Part shown: positions 10,648 through 20,881 of the stretch, one piece after another
Numbering within the stretch: position 1 is the stretch's first letter
Layout of the letters: the number at the start of each line of letters is the position of its first letter
Source: a virus
IMG/VR virus record: IMGVR_UViG_3300032213_002070
Coordinates: 64,001 to 128,000 of that record
Length of the DNA stretch: 64,000 nt
Strand: one strand, 5' to 3'
The notes under the pieces: generated by a model
Told to the model about the DNA's origin: nothing
The model's database searches: none
The model's input: the letters and a program-made list of their open reading frames with translations, nothing else
Translations under genes and position numbers: made by a program

Positions 10648-10971
10648 TTATCCCAAACTTACTACGCTATTACCTTGATTGTTTGGGCTTCCTATGCTGA
10701 TAAGCGTGCCAGAATGTATAGTAATAGATTCTGCCTGCATTATTGCAGCTCCTTCGCTTTGAAGTGTCTCTATAGTTATAACTCCACTTGGATTTACATC
10801 AATGCTTAAAACAGCTATTGTTGTAGATACCGAGAAGTCTTGACTACCACCAAAGAATATATTAATATTATTTAGTATTACCGGATTAGCTATACCTTTT
10901 ATATTTAAAATTATAGTTCCAATATAACTAGAACTAGGTTCGTTATAAGTAATTAAATCATTATACTTCAT
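10648..10971 (-). CDS. Hypothetical virion protein
   Basis: AGGAG RBS; TACTATA motif upstream. Confidence 0.5.
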   Translation of the reverse strand: MKYNDLITYNEPSSSYIGTIILNIKGIANPVILNNINIFFGGSQDFSVSTTIAVLSIDVNPSGVITIETLQSEGAAIMQAESITIHSGTLISIGSPNNQGNSVVSLG

Positions 10972-11025
10972 ACGACTCCTGCTATAAGACCACTTGTTAT
11001 AGTAGTGTAATTATATGAGAATATA

Positions 11026-11814
11026 TTAATATTCCAAACCGGCATCTTTGCGCAAGTTGGGCATCCAAATTCTTGAGTCTCCCTCAAAGTGATGCTCAGG
11101 AGTTCCATAAAGAAAAGAACCAAGGTACGCTATTCTAAGACCGTTGGTTACTGGAGCAACCTCGTGAGTGCCTATGAAGTTGGTTGGGTAGATAACTGCA
11201 GAACCAGCTTTTGGCTTGTGTGTGTGCTTAGCGTGCTTGTGGGTAATCTCTCCACCTAGAAAATTATAATCATTAAGTTCTTCAGCGTTGTCTACAGAAT
11301 CATTTAAGTAAATGTTTACACTTACCTTACTGTGCTTTGGATATTCGCTAGCAGGAGCTTTGCCAAACTCATGAGGTATCTGATCATCGCAATGGGGACC
11401 TATATTCTGGCCCTTTTCATAGGTGGCGATATGACCCATTCCTCTCCACCAGCACACCGTAGAGGCGTCAGGATAGTACTTGCAGTACTCAACTAGAATT
11501 CTATACATTAGATCTTCTAGATCTGCTATAAACTGCTCCTGCTGTGGTGTAACGTCTCTATTTGGACTCCATTTTAATAATGGATCTATGAACCTGCTAG
11601 GTGCTAATACTACGCCATCGGGATCAAATTTAAAACCAGTTCTATTTATTGCGTATCGTTTACCGTTTTCTTCGACGTATGTAAAAGTTTCTTCTTCAAC
11701 TTCTCTTAGATAATTGATATAATCAAAAAGAAATTTTTGGTCTACGTCAATACAGTCTTTTACTACACATAATCCACTGCCAACATCGGTCATGTTTATT
11801 TTTGTATCTATCAT
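11026..11814 (-). CDS. 2OG-Fe(II) oxygenase, prolyl 4-hydroxylase-like
   Basis: HCD...IYLND...GGE...HEVAPVTNGLR: HxD...H...R motif set. Confidence 0.85.
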   Translation of the reverse strand: MIDTKINMTDVGSGLCVVKDCIDVDQKFLFDYINYLREVEEETFTYVEENGKRYAINRTGFKFDPDGVVLAPSRFIDPLLKWSPNRDVTPQQEQFIADLEDLMYRILVEYCKYYPDASTVCWWRGMGHIATYEKGQNIGPHCDDQIPHEFGKAPASEYPKHSKVSVNIYLNDSVDNAEELNDYNFLGGEITHKHAKHTHKPKAGSAVIYPTNFIGTHEVAPVTNGLRIAYLGSFLYGTPEHHFEGDSRIWMPNLRKDAGLEY

Positions 11815-11815
11815 A

Positions 11816-12715
11816 TCAACTACCGTAACTCGAAACAGTTATTCTATATTGTTCTGAAAATTTATCGAATCCTCTATTTAATAAATGATTTTGATAATCT
11901 TTTATGAACGTTGGCATATAGACATTGGTGGAAAGTTGCGCTTTTTCTGGATTCTTTAGCGGATCTTCTACGCTCTCTTTAACTTCCACATTTGGAGTTC
12001 CTTGACTATACCATCCTAAATATGAAAATCTTAGACCCTTCTCTACAAGTTTTACTTCATGACCGGCTGTATAGGAAGCTGGAAAGAATATAATATCTCC
12101 TCTTTTTGGCTTATGTGTTATGTCTAAGTAATTGAAGTAGTGATCGCCACCCATAAAATTTTTTCCATTTAATTCATCTTCATTTTCAACAGAATCATTA
12201 AAATAAATTAAAGCAGTTACAGTACTACGCATTGCTAATTGATCGGTAGGAGTCCAAACATCATATATGTAATCAGTACTAATGTCTGAATGAGAACCTA
12301 AATATGCGCCTTCCTTATATGAAACAATATGACCTTTTACTTTCCACCATATACATTTAAATGCAAGTGGATAATACTCTAAATATTTAAATAAATAATT
12401 ATCTCTAGCGGATTCTAAACCATTTAAAAATTCTATTACTTCTTTTCTTGTATCTTGATGCGCTGCCGATCCCCTACCTGGCATTATATCAATACTATCT
12501 TTACCAAAAAAATATCCACTCTTATTTATGTAAATTTCTTTTCCGGTTTCTGGATCAATCCCAGGAGTATACATAGCTGCTTTTTCCCTATTCACAATTT
12601 CGCTGCAGAAATCAAAAGAATAATCTGCATCAAAGTCTATTGCGGATCTAAATAGAACTACACCACCACCAAGATTTTCACCTTCTATATTTTTATTCAA
12701 AACAAAATTATTCAT
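11816..12715 (-). CDS. 2OG-Fe(II) oxygenase, P4H-like
   Basis: HSD...IYFND...GGD...HEVKLVEKGLR. Confidence 0.85.
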   Translation of the reverse strand: MNNFVLNKNIEGENLGGGVVLFRSAIDFDADYSFDFCSEIVNREKAAMYTPGIDPETGKEIYINKSGYFFGKDSIDIMPGRGSAAHQDTRKEVIEFLNGLESARDNYLFKYLEYYPLAFKCIWWKVKGHIVSYKEGAYLGSHSDISTDYIYDVWTPTDQLAMRSTVTALIYFNDSVENEDELNGKNFMGGDHYFNYLDITHKPKRGDIIFFPASYTAGHEVKLVEKGLRFSYLGWYSQGTPNVEVKESVEDPLKNPEKAQLSTNVYMPTFIKDYQNHLLNRGFDKFSEQYRITVSSYGS

Positions 12716-13625
12716 TACGCATCTCCTTTACGGTGTTGGCACTATTGTGAACTCTTTTACTTGCTCTTAGCAAATCGTCTCTCTTGAAAGAGTCTAAGTC
12801 TTTATAATTATTTTCAACAAATTCTACATAATCTTTGACTATATTTGGCATCCATATTTGACCTTGAGAACCAACTGGGATTTCACCATGAGTTATATTA
12901 ATTCCTCTTTCTAGATGAGGTGAACCCTGAGAAAAATACCCTATGTAGGCATACCTACTACCTTCCTTGCACGGGGAAATTTCATGTGAACCTAAATAAT
13001 TAGACGGGAACATTAACATATCTCCAGTCTTTGGCTTATAAGTTATATTTGCGTAAGGGAAATATATTTCACCGCCTAAATATTCATTTTTATTAAAATC
13101 ACTAATCGTATTAACTGAATCATTTAGATAGATGATTGTACCTACAACGCTTCTGGTTGCTACTTGAAGATCTGGTTCAAAACCAGGTTGGTAATTTACA
13201 TCGTTATCGCTATGTAGGCCCATTGCGCTTCCTGGACCATATGCCAATATATGGCCTTGAGTTCTCCACCATAAACTTGTCAATATCATTGGAAAAATTG
13301 TTGTGTAATTTAATACACCTTGATAAAAAATTTTTTCACATTGATCAAAAAAATTAATAATATCATTAGGCGTATTTTCGTCTACAAAATTCATTATATG
13401 ACTTGAACTCTTTAATATATCTTCCACAACATATCTATGACCACTTCTGTTTATTGCATAAAGCGGTTTATCGGCATCGTCATAGATTATTGTATAATCT
13501 TCTTTTATTGCTTTTTCTTTTAAAGAAGCAATAAACGGAAGAATAGTATCTTGGTCTACATTAACAACGTTCTCAAAAAGAACTATACCACAACCAAGAT
13601 GTTTTGGCTTTAACATTGTGCCCAT
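12708..13625 (-). CDS. 2OG-Fe(II) oxygenase, P4H-like
   Basis: HSD...IYLND...GGEIYF...HEISPCKEGSR. Confidence 0.85.
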   Translation of the reverse strand: MGTMLKPKHLGCGIVLFENVVNVDQDTILPFIASLKEKAIKEDYTIIYDDADKPLYAINRSGHRYVVEDILKSSSHIMNFVDENTPNDIINFFDQCEKIFYQGVLNYTTIFPMILTSLWWRTQGHILAYGPGSAMGLHSDNDVNYQPGFEPDLQVATRSVVGTIIYLNDSVNTISDFNKNEYLGGEIYFPYANITYKPKTGDMLMFPSNYLGSHEISPCKEGSRYAYIGYFSQGSPHLERGINITHGEIPVGSQGQIWMPNIVKDYVEFVENNYKDLDSFKRDDLLRASKRVHNSANTVKEMRNE

Positions 13626-13627
13626 AT

Positions 13628-14728
13628 TTATAATACTACTGGATCAGTCCCGCATGGGCCTTCTGGTAGATTAGGGTCTAAGTTAGGGTTAAACTTTATT
13701 TCTTCCTTGACCTCTATGGCTTCGTGAGTAGTGCTATATTGAGCAACATTTCTACCTTGGTAAACAGGATTCCAGCCAAGTTCTACTTTGTATTTTTCGG
13801 GATCAGAATAAATTGAGTATGGCGACTTACAATATAGCTCATAGTCATCGTAAATATTATTAAGCCATACTGCTGGGCACCATTCAAAACTTCTTTCTGG
13901 TTCGCTAATAACTACATTAGCTGGAATGTCATCGCCACCTTGACCAAAGAATGATAGATAAGAATATCTTACACCCTTCCCCATTCTCTCAACATCATGT
14001 GATGCAACAAAGTTTGTTGGGAAGAATATAATGTCTCCCCTTTGTGGTTTATAGGAAACATTTAAGTGAACAAAACGAAGATGTCCGCCAGTAAAGTTTC
14101 TTCCATCTAATTCTTCTTCAGAATCAACGCAATCATTTAGATATAGCAGTGATCCACATGTCTGTCTTGATGCAACCATACCTCTTGGCATGTATCTTAC
14201 GCCACCAGTTACTTTGTAATTAGTATCATTATCAGCGTGACAACCTAGAATTCCACCATCTCCATATCTTAAAACGTGACCTCTATTTTTCCACCAAATA
14301 CTACCAATCATTAATGGATAATTGTCGATGTATTTAATCAAACACTTATAGTTTTGTTCCTCAAGATAGAGAAAGAAATTTTTAACTTCTTCTGGAGTTT
14401 CATCGGTAACAGGGTGTAAAAGTCTTACTGGAGTTGCCGGGACATCTTCAAGTCTATATCTAAAACCATCTTCGTTAATGCCGTATTCTACGCCATCTTC
14501 TCCGGTAATATAAGTCCATCTATTTTCATGCGCTTTTTGCGATCTAGAATCTATATAATCTAATACTAATTTTTGATCTATCTTAAAAGCATTTCTAAAA
14601 ACTATAATTCCTGGAGCCAATATTTCCATTTCTATTTCAGATATCTCTTTAAGAGTATCGTGAGATATAGTTGGTGTAACTGGGAAAGGTGTACTGTTAA
14701 TATATTTATCGGTTGGTTGGTTTTCCAT
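13628..14728 (-). CDS. 2OG-Fe(II) oxygenase, P4H-like
   Basis: HAD...LYLND...GGHLRF...HDVERMGKGVR. Confidence 0.85.
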   Translation of the reverse strand: MENQPTDKYINSTPFPVTPTISHDTLKEISEIEMEILAPGIIVFRNAFKIDQKLVLDYIDSRSQKAHENRWTYITGEDGVEYGINEDGFRYRLEDVPATPVRLLHPVTDETPEEVKNFFLYLEEQNYKCLIKYIDNYPLMIGSIWWKNRGHVLRYGDGGILGCHADNDTNYKVTGGVRYMPRGMVASRQTCGSLLYLNDCVDSEEELDGRNFTGGHLRFVHLNVSYKPQRGDIIFFPTNFVASHDVERMGKGVRYSYLSFFGQGGDDIPANVVISEPERSFEWCPAVWLNNIYDDYELYCKSPYSIYSDPEKYKVELGWNPVYQGRNVAQYSTTHEAIEVKEEIKFNPNLDPNLPEGPCGTDPVVL

Positions 14729-14730
14729 GA

Positions 14731-15357
14731 CTATCCCAACATCTCATCAATAGCTTCTCTAATTGTCCATCCAGCGCCCATAACTCTTGGCACTTCGTCT
14801 AAAGGCATGTCTTGCCAATTAAACCTAGCAACCATAATACCATCTCTGCTAACTAAAAATTTTTCATACCCATGAGAAATTCTAGAAATTGCTTGTCCGG
14901 CTAAATTTTGATTCTCTACAGCCTTATCACTTTGATCGGCAGTGAAGTCAGAATAATTTCTTTTTTCATTACCTTTTAAAGCTGAAAATACAGGGTGTTC
15001 GTTTTTTCCATTGACATCTACTTTTTCAAAAAATGGAAAAGTCACAAAAGGATAATACTCCTTAACAAAAGGAATTATCTCTTCATTTGTTCCTGGTTCC
15101 ATTTGGGCAAATTGGTTATTAGGAAATGCCAATACGGAAAACCCTCTATCCTTAAATTCGTCATGCACTTGTTGCAGTTGCCACAATTGACGCGATGTTC
15201 TAGCATAAGACCACACCTTGGAGCACTTAGGCTCATAACCACCAGCTTTTGTGGAGACGTTTACTATCAAGGTAAGTTTACCTTTAAACGTGGATAGATA
15301 GTTTTCTTGACCATCTATCGATGTAGCTTCTATATCATAAATTGACATTTTTTTCAC
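14731..15357 (-). CDS. Glutathione peroxidase-like protein with atypical active site
   Basis: KGKLTLIVNV, GFSVLAFPNNQFAQMEPG, FEKVDVNG, YEKFLVSRDG. Start may be 15348. Confidence 0.8.
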   Translation of the reverse strand: MKKMSIYDIEATSIDGQENYLSTFKGKLTLIVNVSTKAGGYEPKCSKVWSYARTSRQLWQLQQVHDEFKDRGFSVLAFPNNQFAQMEPGTNEEIIPFVKEYYPFVTFPFFEKVDVNGKNEHPVFSALKGNEKRNYSDFTADQSDKAVENQNLAGQAISRISHGYEKFLVSRDGIMVARFNWQDMPLDEVPRVMGAGWTIREAIDEMLG

Positions 15358-15655
15358 CTTTGATGTCGAGTTTTGTATACTGATCTATTTCTAAGGTGCC
15401 TTCAAATTTGTCATCAACTACTTCTACATTTACGGTAAGAGTAGCTTTTATTGGGGTATCTACGGTTGCGGAAAATGTAATTGTATCGCCTGATACAACG
15501 CCATTGTCAAAATCTAAAGAACCTCTTTCTCCGACAATTGTCCCGGAAACAAATGGTTCAATTGATTTTATAGTAGCACTAGCGTTGCTAGTACCAAATG
15601 GAGTAAGTGCAGAAACTTTCCAATTTCCAATTATGTTTGAAAGAATTTTATTCAT
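15335..15655 (-). CDS. Small beta-rich hypothetical protein
   Basis: GNWKVSALTPFG...; TATACT 6 nt before the ATG (leaderless). Confidence 0.55.
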   Translation of the reverse strand: MNKILSNIIGNWKVSALTPFGTSNASATIKSIEPFVSGTIVGERGSLDFDNGVVSGDTITFSATVDTPIKATLTVNVEVVDDKFEGTLEIDQYTKLDIKGEKNVNL

Positions 15656-15698
15656 GTTCTAAGTATACTACAAAAAATTTCAATAAGACGTATTTTTA

Positions 15699-16334
15699 TT
15701 ATTCATAATGAGCTTCATTCCTAGACACTACTCTTGGAGTCTTCTCTTTATGCCAAATGCTCACTCCAAATATAACTCTATTTCCACTTATAACTGAAGT
15801 GCTGTTATGTCCATTATGTCCCCCATCAAAAATGACTAATCTATTTGGCTTACAGGATATTCTTTCTCTTTCCTCTATTGGAGTAATTAAAGGTGTAATA
15901 TTTTCTTTTTCTAAACAATTTAGATCCCCATCTTCTACCCTTGTTTTGTGAATTTCTAAAAATCCACCAACAACACCTGCGTTAGATTCTGGAAAATAAA
16001 TACATCCAATTGTTGAACCTTGAAATTTTTTTTCTTCTTTATATAACAAAACATCTTCATCAAAATGAAAAGGTATATACTCACCCTCGGTATATGTTCT
16101 TATCCAGTATTCAAAACCACTTATATCTTTTATTGGAATAGGAAGATTATTTTCCCATATAGCTTTAACTAATTTCTTTTTAGTGTTATTTGCTGGACTA
16201 TCCCACCAGCCAGGCCAAAAAGTAAATTTTCCCTCGTATTGACCACCACCTATTGATTCCGGATAAAAACTTTGGTCTAATTCTATTTCTTTTAAAAAAT
16301 CAGAATCTTTAATAAAATCATCAACTACTATCAT
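15699..16334 (-). CDS. 2OG-Fe(II) oxygenase
   Basis: FEYW...HFDEDV...GGFLEI...KPNRLVIFDGGHNGH...GNR. Confidence 0.75.
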   Translation of the reverse strand: MIVVDDFIKDSDFLKEIELDQSFYPESIGGGQYEGKFTFWPGWWDSPANNTKKKLVKAIWENNLPIPIKDISGFEYWIRTYTEGEYIPFHFDEDVLLYKEEKKFQGSTIGCIYFPESNAGVVGGFLEIHKTRVEDGDLNCLEKENITPLITPIEERERISCKPNRLVIFDGGHNGHNSTSVISGNRVIFGVSIWHKEKTPRVVSRNEAHYE

Positions 16335-16346
16335 GATAGTATTATA

Positions 16347-17066
16347 CTACAGTTTTACGACGGTTGTCATTCCTATGGTGGTGTAATCGTGAGATATGCA
16401 TACATTTTCTAAACTCTTTAAATGCTGATGTATTTCAAAATAAGGAGAATACTCTGCGTCAGTTTCGTACAGATTTCCATTATCGTTAATCCAGGTAACT
16501 AACATGACGCCATTTGCAGCTAACATATTGTAATAAGAAAGAACCAATGATGGATCATGTACTATGTCGTATGAGTTCAGTGATATAAAGTCAAAAGGGC
16601 CACCTTCTGAAGCTTCTGCTTGCTGTCTGGATATTACTTCGTAGTCCCATTCGGCTATTTCTGTTTCTGTCAAAATGCAACGCTCAAGAAGATTTAATTG
16701 ATGATTGTTAACTAGGGTAAGATCCGACCTACTTGCAACTGTTTGAGCAAATGCTATACTAAATACTGGACTGGTTAGTAAAGACTTGGTTGGTTTCTTG
16801 ATTAAGAAACTACTTTCTTGTAAACTATCCCCATATCTAAAGCCATCTGTACTTTTATGTACCGAATCTTCTCTAGAAAAAGTATCAAAATACCAAATAA
16901 ATATATCTCCGCCTACTGCTATTTTTCTTTTGTCTATAGGAAGAGTATCTAAATATTCTTTAACCTTAACATAACTATCTTGTTCAAGCTGATTTACTTC
17001 AGCATTTGATCTATAAGGTTTTAGTAAGCCGTTAACTCTAGCAAAAAAAGATTTTTCCATACTCAT
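16347..17066 (-). CDS. Hypothetical protein, possibly degenerate SAM-methyltransferase fold
   Basis: GPFDFI...YYNMLAANGVMLV resembles class I MTase motifs; no clear motif I. Confidence 0.35.
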   Translation of the reverse strand: MSMEKSFFARVNGLLKPYRSNAEVNQLEQDSYVKVKEYLDTLPIDKRKIAVGGDIFIWYFDTFSREDSVHKSTDGFRYGDSLQESSFLIKKPTKSLLTSPVFSIAFAQTVASRSDLTLVNNHQLNLLERCILTETEIAEWDYEVISRQQAEASEGGPFDFISLNSYDIVHDPSLVLSYYNMLAANGVMLVTWINDNGNLYETDAEYSPYFEIHQHLKSLENVCISHDYTTIGMTTVVKL

Positions 17067-17067
17067 A

Positions 17068-17370
17068 TTATGCGGCTCCTAATGCTATTTGGCGCATCCA
17101 CCAAAATCTTCTAATGGTAGATACAATTGTGATTCTTTGACTTCTTAGAATCGCAATTGCTGGCTCATCTGCGTATATTTTTTCTGGCCCCGAGTTTGGA
17201 GTTTCAACAGGTTCAATTTCTTGATTAATTAAATTAAATGTTCTTGCTTGAGAAATAATTTGATCAATAGATAGAATATCCATATCTTCTGCTGTAAGTC
17301 CAATTATATTTAATTGAAAAGCTAAGACTGATTCTATGTATTCGAGATCTTGTTGTGCGTTATAGCTCAT
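17068..17370 (-). CDS. Hypothetical protein
   Basis: Tightly packed ORF in operon. Confidence 0.55.
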   Translation of the reverse strand: MSYNAQQDLEYIESVLAFQLNIIGLTAEDMDILSIDQIISQARTFNLINQEIEPVETPNSGPEKIYADEPAIAILRSQRITIVSTIRRFWWMRQIALGAA

Positions 17371-17372
17371 GG

Positions 17373-17567
17373 TTACTCTTCTTCTTCATCGTCGTTAAAT
17401 GAAAATCCTGTAAAAGATCTGTCTTTCTTTATCTTATCTGAACTGTTAATATTGCAATTAAATTCAATTCCGTCTGAGAATACAAACTTGCCAGATGCTT
17501 TAGAAAACGTTGGGACCAGGTCATCATTGGTATCAGACTCAGAATTGTCAGTAATATTCTCTGCCAT
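17373..17567 (-). CDS. Small acidic hypothetical protein
   Basis: Tightly packed ORF. Confidence 0.5.
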   Translation of the reverse strand: MAENITDNSESDTNDDLVPTFSKASGKFVFSDGIEFNCNINSSDKIKKDRSFTGFSFNDDEEEE

Positions 17568-17573
17568 AAGTTA

Positions 17574-17810
17574 TTATCCTAATAGTTTTAAAGATGCTAT
17601 TTGATTAAATAATGATTGAAAACTAGCAGTTGTTGTTGGTGAAAGCGATGTGCTAATCGAAGATAATGAAATAAGCTCATCAACGTTTGAAGCTCCAAGA
17701 GCACTTTCTGGATCTACTGACAATAAATACGATAATGTATATATTGATTTTTCCAAATAATTTGCAGCTTTGTTTTTCATTACTTCTTTTTGTGAATCAT
17801 TCACAGCCAT
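17574..17810 (-). CDS. Small helical hypothetical protein
   Basis: GGGAG RBS; packed ORF. Confidence 0.55.
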   Translation of the reverse strand: MAVNDSQKEVMKNKAANYLEKSIYTLSYLLSVDPESALGASNVDELISLSSISTSLSPTTTASFQSLFNQIASLKLLG

Positions 17811-17822
17811 TTTTTTACTCCC

Positions 17823-18077
17823 TTAGGATAATTCTGCTATTTTTTCAGTTATAAGAGCTAAGCGCCCTATTGCATTTGTAATACTACGCTTGATCATGTA
17901 GTCAGCATCGTCTTCTGGCGAAGTTGCTGTTGGATCAAAATTCCAAGTAGATAGATCGTAAGTGTCAGGATTATGTCCTAATTTTGCGATATTCTTATAA
18001 GTTTCTGCTTGGAATTCTGCTTTAGCAGCTTTTAAGGTTCTTAATTTTTCTTCTTGTGTAACTAACGAAAATGACAT
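17823..18077 (-). CDS. Small helical hypothetical protein
   Basis: GAGG RBS; TTACTATA motif at 18111. Confidence 0.55.
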   Translation of the reverse strand: MSFSLVTQEEKLRTLKAAKAEFQAETYKNIAKLGHNPDTYDLSTWNFDPTATSPEDDADYMIKRSITNAIGRLALITEKIAELS

Positions 18078-18118
18078 TGTGCCTCACTTCTCGGTAAAAT
18101 TGTATGTTGATATAGTAA

Positions 18119-18823
18119 CTAGATATTTGGATTGTTTAACTTTAAAAGCCCACTATTTGCAGGGCCAATCTTTTCGCCTTTTTCATCTAATCCAGTTTTA
18201 ATACCCTTCATCCACGTCCATGGTTCTTCTTGATTTTTCTTCATTTTAGCATCTCCGTAAGCTTGGCGAGCTACCATTAAAGATGGTTTGTCCCAAAGAT
18301 TATCTACTTTAAACTCAACTGATTCAAGAAGACTGCTTTTAAATATATTAAAAAACATAAATGGAGTTCCAGCTTCAAACGTAACTGGTTCACCAATTTT
18401 AGTAATCATCCAATTCATTTGGAACTCATCTGGCCACCAGCTACTCGGTATAATTGCACTAAGGGGAGATGCTCCATCAATCATATAATTTGGCGATCCA
18501 CCTATCCAAGTCTCATAACCTTCTTCGGTACCAAATGCCCAACCAACAGAAAAAGAAACCATACCTATAATTCCACCATAGGCAAATGTTCTACCCATAT
18601 ACTCTGCGCCGCTAAGGATTTTTACATTATTATTTCCACCCTCCCACTCAACTACTACATCTTGTGGAAGTATTAATTCCCACCCATGTACATTTGCTGT
18701 AGTCATTGGAAGACACTGGTATGCGTGCTTCTTATATGTATTATCCATCCAATCTCTTTTAACTCTAGACTGAATTATCTGCGGTGGGTTTTGGTGGGTT
18801 TTGGTTAACGTAACTTGTGTCAT
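18119..18823 (-). CDS. DUF6065-like protein
   Basis: RDWMD...AYQCLPMTTANVHGWELILP...GSPNY...F.MNW, recalled as the DUF6065 pattern. Confidence 0.65.
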   Translation of the reverse strand: MTQVTLTKTHQNPPQIIQSRVKRDWMDNTYKKHAYQCLPMTTANVHGWELILPQDVVVEWEGGNNNVKILSGAEYMGRTFAYGGIIGMVSFSVGWAFGTEEGYETWIGGSPNYMIDGASPLSAIIPSSWWPDEFQMNWMITKIGEPVTFEAGTPFMFFNIFKSSLLESVEFKVDNLWDKPSLMVARQAYGDAKMKKNQEEPWTWMKGIKTGLDEKGEKIGPANSGLLKLNNPNI

Positions 18824-18826
18824 AGG

Positions 18827-19426
18827 TTAGATTGTATCATCCAATAAGACTTCTATTGCAGCCTTGATGTTTGTTAGAGCTTGTTCTGGATCTGTTTTTC
18901 TTTCTCCGGCATTGAATGCTAAATCTAACAAATCAGAGTTGCAAAAGCGGAACATTTTTTTTCCATCTCTGCCTATAATTATTTTTTCAAAATTACCTTG
19001 AATTGGGTCTTTATCTTCTTGAATTAATTTAAAGAAAGGGTGCTGTTCTATACCAGCTTTTGGCTCTGGAGCAATTCCAACTAATTCACTAAAAGGAAGA
19101 TCAGTCTTATATAATTCTTTCATGTGATCTCGCATATGTACTGGGCTTGCATTAGATTCTTTAAACGCACCGTATGCATCGTCGCAGAAATCTGTACTCG
19201 GTACAGCTAATACCTCAAAGCCTAAATCCTTGTATTCTTTATATAGATCTTCGATAATTGGATATTGAGCGGAATTAGCACATTCTCCAGTTACGTTGAC
19301 AATCATTGTTACTTTGCCTTTATTCTTAGCAAGGATGTTTTCCTCGCCATCTAATGATGATAATGGAATGTCATATATTGATGATTCAAAACGTTCTAGA
19401 CTTGGTAACTCTTTTTTATCAAACAT
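18827..19426 (-). CDS. Glutathione peroxidase-like protein
   Basis: KGKVTMIVNVTGEC...QY...GFEVLAVPSTDFC...NFEKIIIGRDG. Confidence 0.8.
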   Translation of the reverse strand: MFDKKELPSLERFESSIYDIPLSSLDGEENILAKNKGKVTMIVNVTGECANSAQYPIIEDLYKEYKDLGFEVLAVPSTDFCDDAYGAFKESNASPVHMRDHMKELYKTDLPFSELVGIAPEPKAGIEQHPFFKLIQEDKDPIQGNFEKIIIGRDGKKMFRFCNSDLLDLAFNAGERKTDPEQALTNIKAAIEVLLDDTI

Positions 19427-19435
19427 GTTTTCTCC

Positions 19436-20170
19436 TTATGCTGGTTGAGGGTACGCTAGGGGTTGATTGGATCCTTTTGTTATGCCTTTTGTTTGATCTG
19501 CTTTAGAACCATCTGAGCCATAACCAATCCCATACTTGTGATTATTATCGTTATAATCAAACATAGTAACTGCAGAATATTTGATACCACTAGTCACCTT
19601 TAATGATGCGTGTGCATATATAAAAGTTGATGGAAATAATACAATATCTCCAGCTTGAGGCTTAAATTTGATATCTAGATATGGAAACCATAATTCCCCA
19701 CCCTCGTAATCGTCATTAAGGTAAATGACAGAAGAAACCGTACAAGTATAAGAGAAACCATGATCTGCGTGTACTGCAAAATGTTGACCTGGGTTATACC
19801 TAACAAAATTAATTGCTTCCATATAATCCATTTTAAAGTTATACAAAGATTCGTAGTGAGTCAAACACTTTTTTAAATTTGTCTCTACGTCTTCATAGCA
19901 TTTTTTAACTTCTTCAAATTCTGGAGTTAGATACTGCCAATGTGCTGGACTCATCTTTAGATCAACACAATCTCTATATTCTGGCATTTTTTCATTATAC
20001 CCGACCATTGCTTCTGACCACTTAAATAATTCATGGGAGCTATTGCCGATAGCAGATTCTAATCTTTCTGGAATATTAAGCTCTCTTGGTACTGCATTTC
20101 TATACAAGAATATGCCAAATTTTCTATTGTCCTCTACGCTGTCACAAGAACCTACATGAAAAAATTCCAT
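19436..20170 (-). CDS. 2OG-Fe(II) oxygenase, P4H-like
   Basis: HADHG...YLNDDYEGGELWF...HASLKVTSGIKY. Confidence 0.9.
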   Translation of the reverse strand: MEFFHVGSCDSVEDNRKFGIFLYRNAVPRELNIPERLESAIGNSSHELFKWSEAMVGYNEKMPEYRDCVDLKMSPAHWQYLTPEFEEVKKCYEDVETNLKKCLTHYESLYNFKMDYMEAINFVRYNPGQHFAVHADHGFSYTCTVSSVIYLNDDYEGGELWFPYLDIKFKPQAGDIVLFPSTFIYAHASLKVTSGIKYSAVTMFDYNDNNHKYGIGYGSDGSKADQTKGITKGSNQPLAYPQPA

Positions 20171-20245
20171 TTTTTACCTTCTCTCAATTAGCTATTTTGT
20201 TTAGTGCTATACTATACCACACGTATATCTACCAAGGAGTGTTGT

Positions 20246-20881
20246 ATGGATTTTGATACTGATACTAAATCGTTAATCGAACCTGGATACTTTGGAGATT
20301 CTTCTGATAATATCATTATATTAGAAAATTTTGTTGAATTACAGGATTTAAAAATTATACAAGATTTTTTACCTAATATCAACGAATGGATGGATGCCGG
20401 AGAAAATACTTATTCTGAAGATGGTACCTGCACCTATGATGCGTCCTACTGGGCTAATAGGCAATGTAGTTTTGATATTCTTTCTAGAATTAACTTAGAC
20501 GTATACAACCTAGTCGATAAGTATATTTTAAAAATGAAGTATGCTTTAGAAGATAACTTTAAGGTTAAGTTAGTGGTTAGACCACCAGTAATCATTAGAT
20601 GGTTTCCGGGCTTAGAGCAGCAGCCACATGCCGACAAGCAGTTGAACGATGGATCTCCAAATCCTTTTCCTACATATGATCTAAATTCGTTAATTTATTA
20701 TAATGATGATTTTGAGGGTGGGGAATTATACTACCCTCAACATGATATTGTGGTTAAGCCAAAGCCTGGTTTAGCGGTTGCCCACCCTGGGGATATTAAT
20801 TATCTTCATGGCGTCAAAAAGGTTATTAGTGGAGAAAGATTTACCACACCATCTTTTTATACTATTACAGAATTATTGTAA
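20246..20881 (+). CDS. 2OG-Fe(II) oxygenase, P4H-like (only plus-strand gene in the block)
   Basis: AAGGAG RBS before ATG 20246; HADK...YYNDDFEGGELYY...HGVKKVISGERF. Confidence 0.9.
   Translation: MDFDTDTKSLIEPGYFGDSSDNIIILENFVELQDLKIIQDFLPNINEWMDAGENTYSEDGTCTYDASYWANRQCSFDILSRINLDVYNLVDKYILKMKYALEDNFKVKLVVRPPVIIRWFPGLEQQPHADKQLNDGSPNPFPTYDLNSLIYYNDDFEGGELYYPQHDIVVKPKPGLAVAHPGDINYLHGVKKVISGERFTTPSFYTITELL

Noticed and set aside
14731-19426. Selenocysteine in the GPx-like genes
   Set aside because: No in-frame TGA at the catalytic position of either gene.
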